Of a DNA stretch of 64,000 nt, positions 40,100 through 49,990 are shown in pieces. Where the stretch lies: positions 6,703-70,702 of the forward strand of contig CANSFI010000005.1 of NCBI GenBank assembly GCA_947646095.1, in the 5' to 3' direction. Each line of letters starts with the position of its first letter. Position 1 is the first letter of the stretch. A program made the translations under genes and the position numbers. The notes under the pieces were generated by a model. The model saw nothing but the letters and a program-made list of their open reading frames with translations. It had not been told where the DNA came from and searched no databases. The stretch is from an uncultured Mycoplasmatota bacterium (lineage in GTDB: Bacteria; Bacillota_I; Bacilli_A; RF39; UBA660).

Positions 40100-40192
40100 C
40101 ATGATTTTACTTTTTGTAGAAATCATGCTAGGATGGATTCGTAAGTTTATAGTTCTAAAAAATGCCTTTAAAATGGAAATGGAGGAATACTT

Positions 40193-41539
40193 ATAAAGGC
40201 AGGACTATATGCTAGGGTTTCTACTGACACACAACTAGAGGGTTATTCAATAGATGCACAAAAAGAATTTCTTTTAAATTATGCTAAAAGTAAGGAATTT
40301 ACAGAATACGAATATTATGTTGATGGTGGATATAGTGGAAAGGACTTAAATAGACCTGCAATTCAAAAGTTGATACAAGATGCAAAAGATCATAAGATAG
40401 ATACTGTTATAGTTTTTAAACTTGATAGAATCTCTCGTAGTCAAAAAGATACTTTATATTTAATTGAAGAAGTATTTAATAAATATAATGTTGGGTTTAT
40501 ATCAATGAAAGAAAATTTTGACACTACAAGTCCTTTTGGAAAAGCCATGATAGGAGTTCTATCTGTCTTTGCACAACTTGAAAGAGAAACTATCCTAGAA
40601 AGAACACGAATAGGGATCAAAAAAAGAGCCGAATCTGGTTTATGGAGAGGTGGAGGAAAAATACCTTTTCCTTATAGATATGATAAGGAACAAGGAATAC
40701 TTATACCTATACCAGAACAAGTAGAAGTTTTAAATAAAATGATTTCAATGTATTTGAGTGGAAAAAGTTTTAATAACATAGGTGAAGTAGTAAATATGGA
40801 TGAACGAATGGTTGAAAGAAGACTATTATCTATCACCAATACTGGTGTTATTCCTTATAAAGGTGAAATATATGAGGGGCAACACGAAGCAGTCGTATCT
40901 AAAGAATTATACGAAGAAATATTAAGAGTAAATAAATTAAGAAGTAGAGAAAAATATGATAAGCATTATCTTTTATCTGGTAAAGTTGTTTGTGGGCATT
41001 GTGGTGCAAAATATCGTTACCAAAAATGGGGAAAAAGACTTGTTATGTATTGCAATTCTCAACAATCAAGTAGAAAAAGATATGTTAAAGATCCTAACTG
41101 TAAAAATAAAAGATGGGATACTTTTGAAATTGAACATATTGTGTTGGAACAGTTATTTTCTATGAGTTTAGATGAAAATTTATTTAAAGAAACTTTTAAT
41201 ATAGCAACAGTAAATGTTATAAATGAATTAAAAGAAAGACTAGACAAAATAAACAAACAGATTAGTAACCTAATAAGTTTTATATCAGAGGGTATAGCAG
41301 TAGAAGAAACTAGAAAAAAAATAAAAGAATTAGAAAATGAAAGAGAAAGTATAAATGCTAAAATTGAAAATAGTGAACAAAGAGAAAGAGCAAACAAAGT
41401 TGCTTTTGAAACTGTAAAAAGTATTAGTTCTACATGGAACTGTATGACTTTTGAAGAACAAAGAAGTATTATAGAACACCTAATCGATCGTGTTGAAATT
41501 GATAACAATAAGATTAGTATTTTCTATAAAATATATTAA
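40193..41539 (+). CDS. large serine recombinase (ICE integrase); 5' end irregular
   Basis: The catalytic region LYARVSTDTQLEGYSIDAQ lies upstream of the track ORF (40370). The frame is open from 40172 but has no ATG, GTG or TTG before 40370. GGAGG (40181-40185) sits 7 nt before ATA at 40193. LDRISRS, recombinase and zinc-ribbon (CGHCG...CNS) domains and a coiled-coil are present. Confidence 0.75.
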   Translation: MKAGLYARVSTDTQLEGYSIDAQKEFLLNYAKSKEFTEYEYYVDGGYSGKDLNRPAIQKLIQDAKDHKIDTVIVFKLDRISRSQKDTLYLIEEVFNKYNVGFISMKENFDTTSPFGKAMIGVLSVFAQLERETILERTRIGIKKRAESGLWRGGGKIPFPYRYDKEQGILIPIPEQVEVLNKMISMYLSGKSFNNIGEVVNMDERMVERRLLSITNTGVIPYKGEIYEGQHEAVVSKELYEEILRVNKLRSREKYDKHYLLSGKVVCGHCGAKYRYQKWGKRLVMYCNSQQSSRKRYVKDPNCKNKRWDTFEIEHIVLEQLFSMSLDENLFKETFNIATVNVINELKERLDKINKQISNLISFISEGIAVEETRKKIKELENERESINAKIENSEQRERANKVAFETVKSISSTWNCMTFEEQRSIIEHLIDRVEIDNNKISIFYKIY

Positions 41540-41556
41540 AATTTTTTTAACTAGTT

Positions 41557-41586
41557 TTTTTCACACCATGTCATTAAGTCCAATTA
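41557..41586. repeat. right junction of the ICE: terminal inverted repeat plus 7-bp core CCAATTA
   Basis: TTTTTCACACCATGTC (41557-41572) is the inverted partner of 8057-8072. The core is at 41580-41586. Confidence 0.75.
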
Positions 41587-42193
41587 AAGACATACTTATA
41601 TTTATTTTTAAAGTACTTATAATAGCTGGAAAAGTACTTGGAAGAATCAATTTTAAATAAGTTTGAGTTTTTGTAGCTTTAAATGATTTCATTAATTTTA
41701 TTTTAATAGGATCTACCTCTATAAATCCTTGATAAGCATTTATAATGGTAATAATAACTGATATAAGTAATGCCATTATTATAATAGATTTCATACCAGC
41801 TCCTGCCCAAATAATAATGATTGGTCCTAATGCAACTTTAGGAAGACTATTTAAAATAGTCAAATAAGGATCTAAAACTTTAGATATAAATTTATTCCAC
41901 CATAAAATAGTTGCTATTATTATTCCTATAAAAGTCCCTAAAACAAAACTTATTAAAGTTTCATATATTGTTATCCAAATATGATTATATAAGTTATTAG
42001 AATTATGTAAATCTACAATAGTATTTATAACTTCTTTAGGACTAGAACTTATAAAAGTATTTATTAATCCTTTGTCGGCTAAAAATTGCCAGATTAAAAC
42101 AAAAACTATTATTATTGATATTTGTGTAAATCTTATCCAAAAATTATTTTTCTTAATTTTATTTAAATATCTTTTATGTTCTAAACTATACAT
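41561..42193 (-). pseudogene. ABC transporter permease (NitT/TauT family), 5' fragment
   Basis: Host part is 41587..42193; the last five codons (LNDMV) and the stop come from the ICE end. Sequence ...PKVALGPIIIIWAGAG...LKINISMSLIG| continues at 8054. Confidence 0.85.
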
Positions 42194-42932
42194 GAAAATC
42201 TATTTCCTTCCATATTAAATCGTAATAATAACTGAATTCTTTTGCTTTTCTATTATTAATTGGATTAGATTTTTTTGTAAGATTAATATCAAATATTTTC
42301 TTTATTTTAGATGGCCTTTTAGATAGTACTATTACTCTATCAGCCATCGAAATAGCTTCAGATAAATCATGAGTTACCATAATAGCACTCTTCTTTTCTT
42401 TTTTTATGATACTATATACATCATCTGAAACAGCTAATCTAGTTTGATAATCTAAGGCACTAAATGGTTCATCTAATAGTAAAATATCAGGCTTAGTTGC
42501 TAAAGTTCTAATAAGAGCACATCTTTGTCTCATTCCTCCTGATAAATTTTCTGGATAACTATTTATAAATTCTTTTAGTCCATATGTTTCAAGCAGTTTT
42601 AAAACATAGTCTTTATTTTTTTTATTTAATGTTTTATTAATTTCTAATCCTATTAAACAATTGTCTAAAATTGTTCGATAATTAAATAATGAATCATCTT
42701 GTAACATATATCCTAGTTTTAAATTTTCTTCTTTAATTATCTCACCATCTGATTTTTCTTCAAGACCACTTAAAATAGACAATATTGTAGATTTACCACA
42801 TCCACTAGGTCCAACTATAGCTACAAATTCTCCTCTACGTAATTCAAAAGAAAAGTTATCAACAGCTAAAGTTTCATCTCTTTTAGTGTGATAAGCTTTT
42901 TTTAGGTTGTTTATTTTTAATATTTCTTTCAT
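42186..42932 (-). CDS. ABC transporter ATP-binding protein (NitT/TauT family)
   Basis: Walker A GPSGCGKST, signature LSGGMRQR, Walker B LLLDEPFSALD. Confidence 0.9.
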   Translation of the reverse strand: MKEILKINNLKKAYHTKRDETLAVDNFSFELRRGEFVAIVGPSGCGKSTILSILSGLEEKSDGEIIKEENLKLGYMLQDDSLFNYRTILDNCLIGLEINKTLNKKNKDYVLKLLETYGLKEFINSYPENLSGGMRQRCALIRTLATKPDILLLDEPFSALDYQTRLAVSDDVYSIIKKEKKSAIMVTHDLSEAISMADRVIVLSKRPSKIKKIFDINLTKKSNPINNRKAKEFSYYYDLIWKEIDFHV

Positions 42933-43345
42933 TATTTTTTTGAATATGTATTATTTACTAATTCACTAAATGGAGCTGATTTTTCTAGTTCCCCAGCACT
43001 TTCCATTATTTTTTGAATATGGTTAAAATTTTCTTCTTCAATATATGTTGTTTCAAACCAAGAGTCTATATCTCTATAACGTTTAACTATTTTTGTTAGA
43101 TCATTTAAAGATGTATCTGGAAAATAGTCTAATATTATTTCTGCTACTTCTTCATCACTATGATTATGTACATAATCTAAACCTTTTTGAATTGCTTTAG
43201 TGAATCCTTTTATTACTTCAGGATTATTTTCAATATAACTTTTTCTAGCATTATAAGCTGTATATGGAACTACTCCACCAAGTTCTCCAATAGAAGCTAC
43301 CACATATCCTAGTTCTTGTTTTTCTACTTGTAATGCATTTGGTTC
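42932..43345 (-). pseudogene. ABC substrate-binding protein (NMT1/THI5-like), 3' fragment
   Basis: The frame is open upstream of the GTG called in the track: ...(E)PNALQVEKQELGYVVASIGELGGVVPYTAYNARKSYIENNPE... It joins the middle fragment at the GTTC core. Confidence 0.8.
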
Positions 43346-43464
43346 TCTTAGTGCGAGAATAAGAAGTCACTAATATTGTTCAAAATAAATTTCCATATAA
43401 AACACTGCTAGGTTCTAGGAAAACTAGAACTTTTTTAGTATAATTTATATAGAGGTGACTAGCT

Positions 43465-44319
43465 ATGATAGATTTATTTTATGAATATACTGAAGATAAT
43501 TTACGTTTGCAAGGAACATACTTTGATTCAGGTAAACTAGATTGTTGTGTTTTATTTATTCATGGACAAGCACAAAGTGTTGTAGATAACTATTTCGCAT
43601 ATGTTTTAGGAAAACATCTTTCTAATAATGGAATTAGTTTTTTATATAGCCATAATCGTGGTTACTCTTATATAAACTGTATGAGTAAAAAAGATGGTAG
43701 TTTAGAAATAAATGGAGCTACTTTTGAAATATTTGAAGATTGTTTAAAAGATATTGAGATTTGGATAAAAAAAGTAAAAAGATTGGGATACAGAAAAATT
43801 ATTTTAATGGGACACAGTTTAGGGTGCAACAAAGCGTTATACTACTTATCAAAAAATAAAGATGATGTACAAGGTCTTATTTTAGCTTCGGCACCCGATA
43901 TGGTTGGTATTACAAAAAAGGAAGAAAGCAAGTTTGATAATTTATTAAGTGAAGCAGAAAGCAATGTAAAAAATAATAATCCTAGGAAGTTACTAAATAC
44001 ATTAATTGGTGGGACTGATTATATAAGCTCTGCAACTTTTATAAACGAATCTTTAGAAAATAGTAATATTGATAATTTTCCTATTGAAAGAAATCCAGAA
44101 ATCTTTGAGCAACTATCTGCTATTAATATACCAATTCTATCTTTTGCTGGAAGTAATGAATATCCAACATATTTAAAGCAATATTTATTAAAAGAAAAGG
44201 CAATTAATTGTAATAATTTTGAATATCAAATTATAGATAATACAAATCATTTTTATAATAATAAAGAAGAAGAAATTTCTAAAATACTTTTAAAATGGAT
44301 AAATAGAAATATTAAATAA
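43465..44319 (+). CDS. alpha/beta hydrolase
   Basis: Oxyanion-hole motif FIHGQ and nucleophile elbow GHSLG. Confidence 0.65.
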   Translation: MIDLFYEYTEDNLRLQGTYFDSGKLDCCVLFIHGQAQSVVDNYFAYVLGKHLSNNGISFLYSHNRGYSYINCMSKKDGSLEINGATFEIFEDCLKDIEIWIKKVKRLGYRKIILMGHSLGCNKALYYLSKNKDDVQGLILASAPDMVGITKKEESKFDNLLSEAESNVKNNNPRKLLNTLIGGTDYISSATFINESLENSNIDNFPIERNPEIFEQLSAINIPILSFAGSNEYPTYLKQYLLKEKAINCNNFEYQIIDNTNHFYNNKEEEISKILLKWINRNIK

Positions 44320-44334
44320 GATTAGGGGGATTCA

Positions 44335-45320
44335 ATGAAAAACAATATTATTATATATGTATCAAAAGATGGTAATGTTAAAGTTGATGTTAATATTCAA
44401 AATGAAGATATATGGATGAGTCAAGATGTAATGGCCAATCTTTATGATACAACTAAACAAAATATTAGTTATCATCTAAGCAATATTTTTAAAGAAGAGG
44501 AACTTAATAAAAATTCAACTGTCAAGGATTTCTTGACAGTTCAAAATGAAGGTAATAGAAAAGTTAAAAGAAATATAGAACACTATAATTTAGATGCCAT
44601 TATTGCAGTTGGATATAGAATCAATTCTAAAAAGGCGACAGAATTTAGAATTTGGGCAACTAAAGTTTTAAGAGAATATATGATTAAAGGTTTTGCTTTA
44701 AATGATGAGAGATTAAAAAATAATGGTGAAAGTCCATACTTTGAGGAATTACTTGCTAGAATTCGTGACATTAGATCTTCAGAGAAAATTTTTTGGAGAA
44801 AGGTATTGGATATTTATGCAACTTCAATTGATTACAATCCTAAAGATAAATTATCAATAGACTTTTTTAAAACTGTACAAAACAAAATGCATTATGCTAC
44901 CCATGGCAACACAGCAGCCGAGGTAATATTTACACGAGTTGATTCTAATAAAGAAAATTTAGGTCTCACTAATTTTAAAGGTAATTATCCAACAAAAAGT
45001 GAAACTGAGATAGCTAAAAACTATTTAACTGAAGAGGAATTAAATATTTTAAATAGAATGGTATCAGCCTACTTAAATGTTGCAGAAATTAATGCACTAG
45101 ATAGACATCCAATGACTATGCAAGATTGATAAGTGAATTAGATTCATTTCTAAAAATGACTAGAAAAGATATTTTAAGTGGTTCAGGCACCATATCTCAT
45201 GAACAAGCATTAAAAAAAGCACATGCAGAATATGACAAATATATGCAAAAACATTTAACTACTGCCGAACAAGACTATTTAGATGTATTAAATAAAGAAA
45301 TTGAAGAAATTGATAAATAA
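44335..45320 (+). pseudogene. RhuM-family protein, frameshifted
   Basis: The RhuM-like core is YNLDAIIAVGYRINSKKATEFRIWATKVLREYMIKGF. The frame breaks at CAAGATTGATAAG (about 45121-45133). One missing G (GAT TGG ATA) would fuse the 264-aa and 64-aa ORFs as ...MQDWISELDSFL... Confidence 0.65.
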
Positions 45321-45336
45321 GATTTGGAGGTAAAAT

Positions 45337-46674
45337 ATGTCAGAGGAATTTTTAAAAGAAATAGGACGATTGAATGAATTAAATAATAAACTATTAAATG
45401 ATTTAGATTTAGAAATGGCTAACAAAATAAAAAAGATAAGACAGCTTTATGAACCTAGTAAAAAAGATTTGAATACTTTATTCTCACTATATAAGATGGT
45501 ATTAGATACCTATAAGAAAAACAATTCATTGTATAAATTGAATGTATTAAAATATACTGATTTAAATGAAGTATCAAATATATTAGAAAATTATGGATAT
45601 TTAATACCAGAAATATCAAATGATGATACTAGTGATAAAAATATAATTTCAAATAGTAGCACTGAGCCAGAACAAACAATTATAAAAGATGATTTACCAA
45701 TAACTAGTAGCGTACAAAATGTATCATCAGATTTTCAAACTGAAAATCCATCTGAAGAAGTTGAAGATATATTTGTAGAACAAAAGAATCCATTTAATTC
45801 AAATGGTCCAGTGTATGCCTTTACAAATGAGGCATTAAACCAATATATGAAAAACTACGACTTTGAAGGAAAGAGTGTCCTTGCTTCTCTTGGTAGTGGT
45901 GATTTTGCTCTTAATGCATATTTACTAGGTGCAAGTGAAGTTGAAACATTTGATATAAATCAATTTACTTATTATTTTTATCAACTAAAGAAAGCATTAA
46001 TAATAAAATATGATTTTGAGGATTCTTGTAATTTAGTTAGGAATCCACTAGAAATATTTGAAAAAATTAGTGAATATAAACAGTTTTTAGATTATGAAAG
46101 TGTATTATTTTTTGAACATTTATTAACAGTTTACAAAGATGATATGGAAGAATTATTAAAAAAAGTATTTATTGATAAAGTTGGAGAGCAAAAACATCAA
46201 TGGAATGAAAGTAATACATTTGATACTACTGAAGAATTACTTTTAATTGCTCAATATAAAAATTATTATTTACAATCAAAAGAAAACTATACTAAATTAA
46301 AAAAGCGACTATTAGAGCAATTTAATGACAAGTTTTACTTTGCTAATTTGTATGAATTTACTCCTCAAAAAAAATATGATATTGTATATCTAAGTAATAT
46401 TGGAGATTATTCTAAAAATGAGGAAGAATTTAAAGAATTTGTTGCACAACTAAAAGAAAGAATATTAAATGAAAATGGAATTATTATAGTAGTTTCCGTT
46501 ACAAATCAAATTATGATGAATTCTGATTCTGCTGAAAGAATTAAAATGGATTGGGAAGATATGAGAAGATTCAATAGATTAAATGAAGGAAAGGCCTATT
46601 TGCCTATTTCTAATTTAGGCATTCAAAATGTTTATACAACATATCCCCATCAAACTAAAAAACATGGTTTATAA
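45337..46674 (+). CDS. hypothetical protein with C-terminal SAM-methyltransferase-fold / DUF3419-like region
   Basis: SVLASLGSGDFALNAYLLGASEVETFDIN resembles a class-I SAM-binding motif. The N-terminal half is coiled-coil and low-complexity. Confidence 0.4.
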   Translation: MSEEFLKEIGRLNELNNKLLNDLDLEMANKIKKIRQLYEPSKKDLNTLFSLYKMVLDTYKKNNSLYKLNVLKYTDLNEVSNILENYGYLIPEISNDDTSDKNIISNSSTEPEQTIIKDDLPITSSVQNVSSDFQTENPSEEVEDIFVEQKNPFNSNGPVYAFTNEALNQYMKNYDFEGKSVLASLGSGDFALNAYLLGASEVETFDINQFTYYFYQLKKALIIKYDFEDSCNLVRNPLEIFEKISEYKQFLDYESVLFFEHLLTVYKDDMEELLKKVFIDKVGEQKHQWNESNTFDTTEELLLIAQYKNYYLQSKENYTKLKKRLLEQFNDKFYFANLYEFTPQKKYDIVYLSNIGDYSKNEEEFKEFVAQLKERILNENGIIIVVSVTNQIMMNSDSAERIKMDWEDMRRFNRLNEGKAYLPISNLGIQNVYTTYPHQTKKHGL

Positions 46675-46744
46675 AATTTAAGATTTTTGACTTAATTTAA
46701 AAGAAATGAATGATTAATATTATCGTTCGTTTAAAAAATGTCCG

Positions 46745-46832
46745 TTGCATGTCCTAAAAAAATGTGTTAAAATGGTAGTATAGGATAATTGTAAGAAAGA
46801 CTAAATTTAGAGAGATTTTATCTCTCTTTTTT
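46745..46832 (+). ncRNA. candidate small RNA or attenuated leader (promoter plus terminator, ~55-60 nt)
   Basis: TTGCAT (46745-46750), a 17-nt spacer and TAAAAT (46768-46773) with TGT upstream. Perfect 8-bp hairpin AGAGAGAT/ATCTCTCT (46809-46827) plus a T-run. No ORF lies between them. Confidence 0.3.
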
Positions 46833-47007
46833 GTGTTCTATTTTTATTATTCTATCAGAAAGGAGCGTGAAATATGAATGAAATATATCTAAACTGTCGG
46901 AGACTATAATGGGTCTTAGGGACTTTTTCCTAACAAAAAAAGGGTGTGATAACACCATGCTTGATATATTAAAATTATACTATATGTCATAAGACGGAGA
47001 TGATAAT

Positions 47008-47544
47008 TTGAAAAATAAATGGATGTATAGAGATGATGTAGAAAGGAAATTAGGAGTATCAAAAAAACAATTAAATCGTGCTATTAAAGTAATGGAAAAA
47101 TATCATTATTTTGAAAATTGGATTTGGTATAGATTAGGGCCAACTAAAGATTTAATTGTTCTTTTTAATTTAGAATTTGTTGAATGGTTAAAAGAAGTAT
47201 ATTTTAATAAAGATGGATTTTTCTTAGATAGAGAAATTCATTTTTTAAATGCAAGAATTTTAGATATGGAAAATGAATTAGACATTTCTCATTTTGAGAA
47301 GGTTTATTTATGTCTAAATGTAAAGGAACTTCAAGAATATTTTAGTAAAAGTAATAGCTCTATTTTAAAAGCAATTGAAAGAATGAACAAAAAAATAGAT
47401 TGCAAATGCTATAAAGATGGAAAATTGTATATTACTCCTACGGGAGTTAAATGGTTAGATCAAAAATATTATCGAAAATCTTATCTTAAGGTATTATTAA
47501 GCTATAAAAAAATATTAAATAAAAAGGAGAATAAAAATGACTAA
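47008..47544 (+). CDS. hypothetical DNA-binding-like protein
   Basis: TTG start after GGAGATGA. HTH-like LGVSKKQLNRAIKVMEKY. Confidence 0.45.
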   Translation: MKNKWMYRDDVERKLGVSKKQLNRAIKVMEKYHYFENWIWYRLGPTKDLIVLFNLEFVEWLKEVYFNKDGFFLDREIHFLNARILDMENELDISHFEKVYLCLNVKELQEYFSKSNSSILKAIERMNKKIDCKCYKDGKLYITPTGVKWLDQKYYRKSYLKVLLSYKKILNKKENKND

Positions 47545-47932
47545 AGTAGATAGAAGAAAGAAAATAAATATTATGTTAAATGATGAAGAAAGAAGAATAA
47601 TTACAGAAAAAGCAATAGAGTATGGATTTGGTCCACATCTTGCCGCTTATGTTAGAAATGCTTGTATTTATGAATCTTTATATAAAGAAGATATTGAAGG
47701 TAAAAATGAAATAATTAAAATAATGAGTGATTATATTAGTGTTGTTAATAGAATTCAATATGAACAAGGATTGTTAACTAAAAAGATTCTGTTAAGTGAA
47801 GGAGATATACAAATGATTAAAGAAAACAATACTCTTCTTCATAATGAAATAAGAAAATTAATTAAGACAATTGAAAATACATTAACAATTAAACGTGTAA
47901 AAGAGACTAAGCAGAAACTAGAAATAGACTAG
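47537..47932 (+). CDS. MobC-like ribbon-helix-helix protein
   Basis: KINIMLNDEERRIITEKAIEYGFGPHLAAYVRNACI. Confidence 0.5.
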   Translation: MTKVDRRKKINIMLNDEERRIITEKAIEYGFGPHLAAYVRNACIYESLYKEDIEGKNEIIKIMSDYISVVNRIQYEQGLLTKKILLSEGDIQMIKENNTLLHNEIRKLIKTIENTLTIKRVKETKQKLEID

Positions 47933-47945
47933 TTTCTGCTTTTTC
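47911..47945 (+). terminator. rho-independent terminator
   Basis: Perfect 11-bp stem GCAGAAACTAG / CTAGTTTCTGC plus a T-run. Confidence 0.7.
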
Positions 47946-47998
47946 TTAAAGTATTATTTTACAATTTTTCTCATAGTTTTAAATAAAGGAGATGAGTT

Positions 47999-48196
47999 AT
48001 GGATTCAGAGGATATTATGAGAAGTAAAGAAGTAAAATATAAGAATAAAGAAATACTTTTAGAAGTGGCTCTTTCCTTAAATAAAAAGTTGTTTGATGAA
48101 AATAAAATATCATATAAAATGTTTAAATATACAGAAGAAAATATCTTAAAAGAATTAAAAATTTGTAATGTAAGTGGTGCTAATGCTATTTCATGA
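47999..48196 (+). CDS. small protein upstream of the serine recombinase
   Basis: 65-aa ORF after AAAGGAG. It occupies the same position as the small ORFs upstream of the other two LSR genes. Confidence 0.4.
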   Translation: MDSEDIMRSKEVKYKNKEILLEVALSLNKKLFDENKISYKMFKYTEENILKELKICNVSGANAIS

Positions 48197-48233
48197 AAAT
48201 ATGTTATAATGTCGTTAGAAAGGAGAAGAAGAG

Positions 48234-49943
48234 TTGGATTTATATACTGTTCGAAAGCAGTTAAATATGGGAATGCCACTTACAAGTATAAAACTTAGAG
48301 TAACAGATTATGCAAGAGTATCAACAGATCATTTAGAGCAAAAGAAATCTCTTCAAAATCAAGTGGAACATTTTGAACAATATATAAAACAAAATCCAAA
48401 TTGGACTTATATTAAAGGTTATGTAGATGATGGAATAACTGGTACAAGTGATATTAAAAGAGATAACTTTATGAAAATGATTGAAGATGCTAGAAGTGGT
48501 AAATTTGATTTAATTGTTACCAAAGAAATTTCTAGATTTTCAAGAAATACTCTTGATAGTATTAAATATACGAGAGAGCTTTTATCCTATGGAGTGGCTG
48601 TTTTGTTTGTAAATGATAATATTAATACAGCTATGCCCGATTCTGAGCTACGACTTACTATAATGGCTTCTATGGCTCAAGATGAAATAAGACGTTTATC
48701 AGAACGTGTTAAATTTGGTATGAATCGTGCAATAGAACGTGGAGAAATACTTGGTAATGATATGCTCTATGGTTATAAAAAAGATAAGGATACAGGTGTA
48801 CTTAATATTATAGAGAATGAAGCAAAAATAGTCAGGAGAATATATGAACTCTATGCTGTTGAAGAATTATCTCTATCTAAAATTTCAAAAACATTAAATA
48901 GTGAAGGTCTAAAAACTTGTCAAAAGAAAAAATGGTGTATTTCTACAATTTCTAGGATGATAGAAAACCCTAAATATAAAGGATATTATTGTGCTAGAAA
49001 ATCAGAAATAATAGATTATATGACTAAAAAGATAAAATATTTTGAAAAAGATGATTGGGTTATTTATGAAGATAAATCAAGAATACCACCAATTGTTAAT
49101 GAAGATTTGTGGAAAAGAGCTAATACTCGTTTAATGACAAGAAAAAAAGCATTTGTGATGAGAAAAAAAGATAAAAGTATTTATAAAAATAGATACTTAT
49201 ATAGTGCTAAAATTTATTGTGCAGAGCATAATACAGTCTTTCATAGAAGAGAGTTTAGAAAAAATAAAAAAGATATTACTTGGGTTTGCTCAGAATACTT
49301 AAAAAATGGTAAAACTACTTGTGATTCACCTAATATTAGAGAATCAGAGTTAGATTCAATTTTTAAAGATTTAATATCTAAACTACAAATTGATTCAAAT
49401 GAAGTTATTGATACTCTAATGAATTATTATAAACATTTAGAAGTTGATAATGGAATTGATGAAGAAATTAAATGTTTAGAAAAAGAAATAAATAGTCTTT
49501 ATGTTAAGAAGGATAAGATATTAGAGTTAAGTATCCAGGGCGGTTTATCTAACGAGGAGTTTTATGAAAGAAATAATTTATTTAATGATAAAATAAATAT
49601 GCTCACTAAAGAGTTAAAACATTTTAAAGAAGATAAAGAAAATTTAAAAGGAACAACTGATAAAACTAAAGAACTTCAAGAACTTTTAAATTTCAAAGTT
49701 AATTCTAAATCTACTATAACTAAAATAATTAGTTCACTATTAGATCATATTGTCGTATCTAAAATAAATAATGATAAAAATAACATGGAATTAAATATAT
49801 TTTTATCTTACAAAGAAAGTGATGAAAATAAAAAACTACAACCAATTTTAAGAAGTAGTTATGAATTTAAAAGAGGATATGACACACAAGGAACTAAAAG
49901 ATATAAAGTCTATTACCAAGTGAATTGTTATTTTTGTCTATAA
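48234..49943 (+). CDS. large serine recombinase (element A)
   Basis: DYARVSTDHLEQKKSLQNQ, ISRFSRNT, a recombinase domain, a Cys-containing zinc-ribbon region and a coiled-coil. The start may be TTG 48234 or ATG 48267. Confidence 0.85.
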   Translation: MDLYTVRKQLNMGMPLTSIKLRVTDYARVSTDHLEQKKSLQNQVEHFEQYIKQNPNWTYIKGYVDDGITGTSDIKRDNFMKMIEDARSGKFDLIVTKEISRFSRNTLDSIKYTRELLSYGVAVLFVNDNINTAMPDSELRLTIMASMAQDEIRRLSERVKFGMNRAIERGEILGNDMLYGYKKDKDTGVLNIIENEAKIVRRIYELYAVEELSLSKISKTLNSEGLKTCQKKKWCISTISRMIENPKYKGYYCARKSEIIDYMTKKIKYFEKDDWVIYEDKSRIPPIVNEDLWKRANTRLMTRKKAFVMRKKDKSIYKNRYLYSAKIYCAEHNTVFHRREFRKNKKDITWVCSEYLKNGKTTCDSPNIRESELDSIFKDLISKLQIDSNEVIDTLMNYYKHLEVDNGIDEEIKCLEKEINSLYVKKDKILELSIQGGLSNEEFYERNNLFNDKINMLTKELKHFKEDKENLKGTTDKTKELQELLNFKVNSKSTITKIISSLLDHIVVSKINNDKNNMELNIFLSYKESDENKKLQPILRSSYEFKRGYDTQGTKRYKVYYQVNCYFCL

Positions 49944-49990
49944 ATTAGACTTATAATTTTTCACTTGGAGACTTCATTCCCTTACACTAA

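Larger units (their letters stand above)
8055..41579. mobile_element. integrative conjugative element (~33.5 kb) with a large serine recombinase, inserted in the ABC permease gene
   Basis: A split host gene is restored in frame across the element. The element has a 7-bp junction repeat, terminal IRs, an LSR next to the right end, and T4SS, relaxase and coupling-protein genes inside. Confidence 0.85.

Noticed and set aside
41059-41508. Antisense or overlapping ORFs from the six-frame track. Examples: 848..1099, 1688..1903, 2465..2698, 3713..4168, 20200..20412, 22651..22833, 23257..23625, 23689..23952, 25359..25559, 25890..26120, 26436..26666, 27771..27968, 29220..29435, 30274..30510, 31112..31315, 34380..34592, 34975..35172, 36149..36331, 38041..38286, 40956..41165, 41059..41508, 44583..44771, 47971..48279, 50217..50411, 52819..53121, 55119..55310, 57858..58046 and 59287..59469.
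   Set aside because: Each lies inside or opposite a longer ORF that has clear family motifs. Their products are low-complexity Leu/Ile/Phe/Ser-rich, as expected from AT-rich antisense frames, and they lack an SD.
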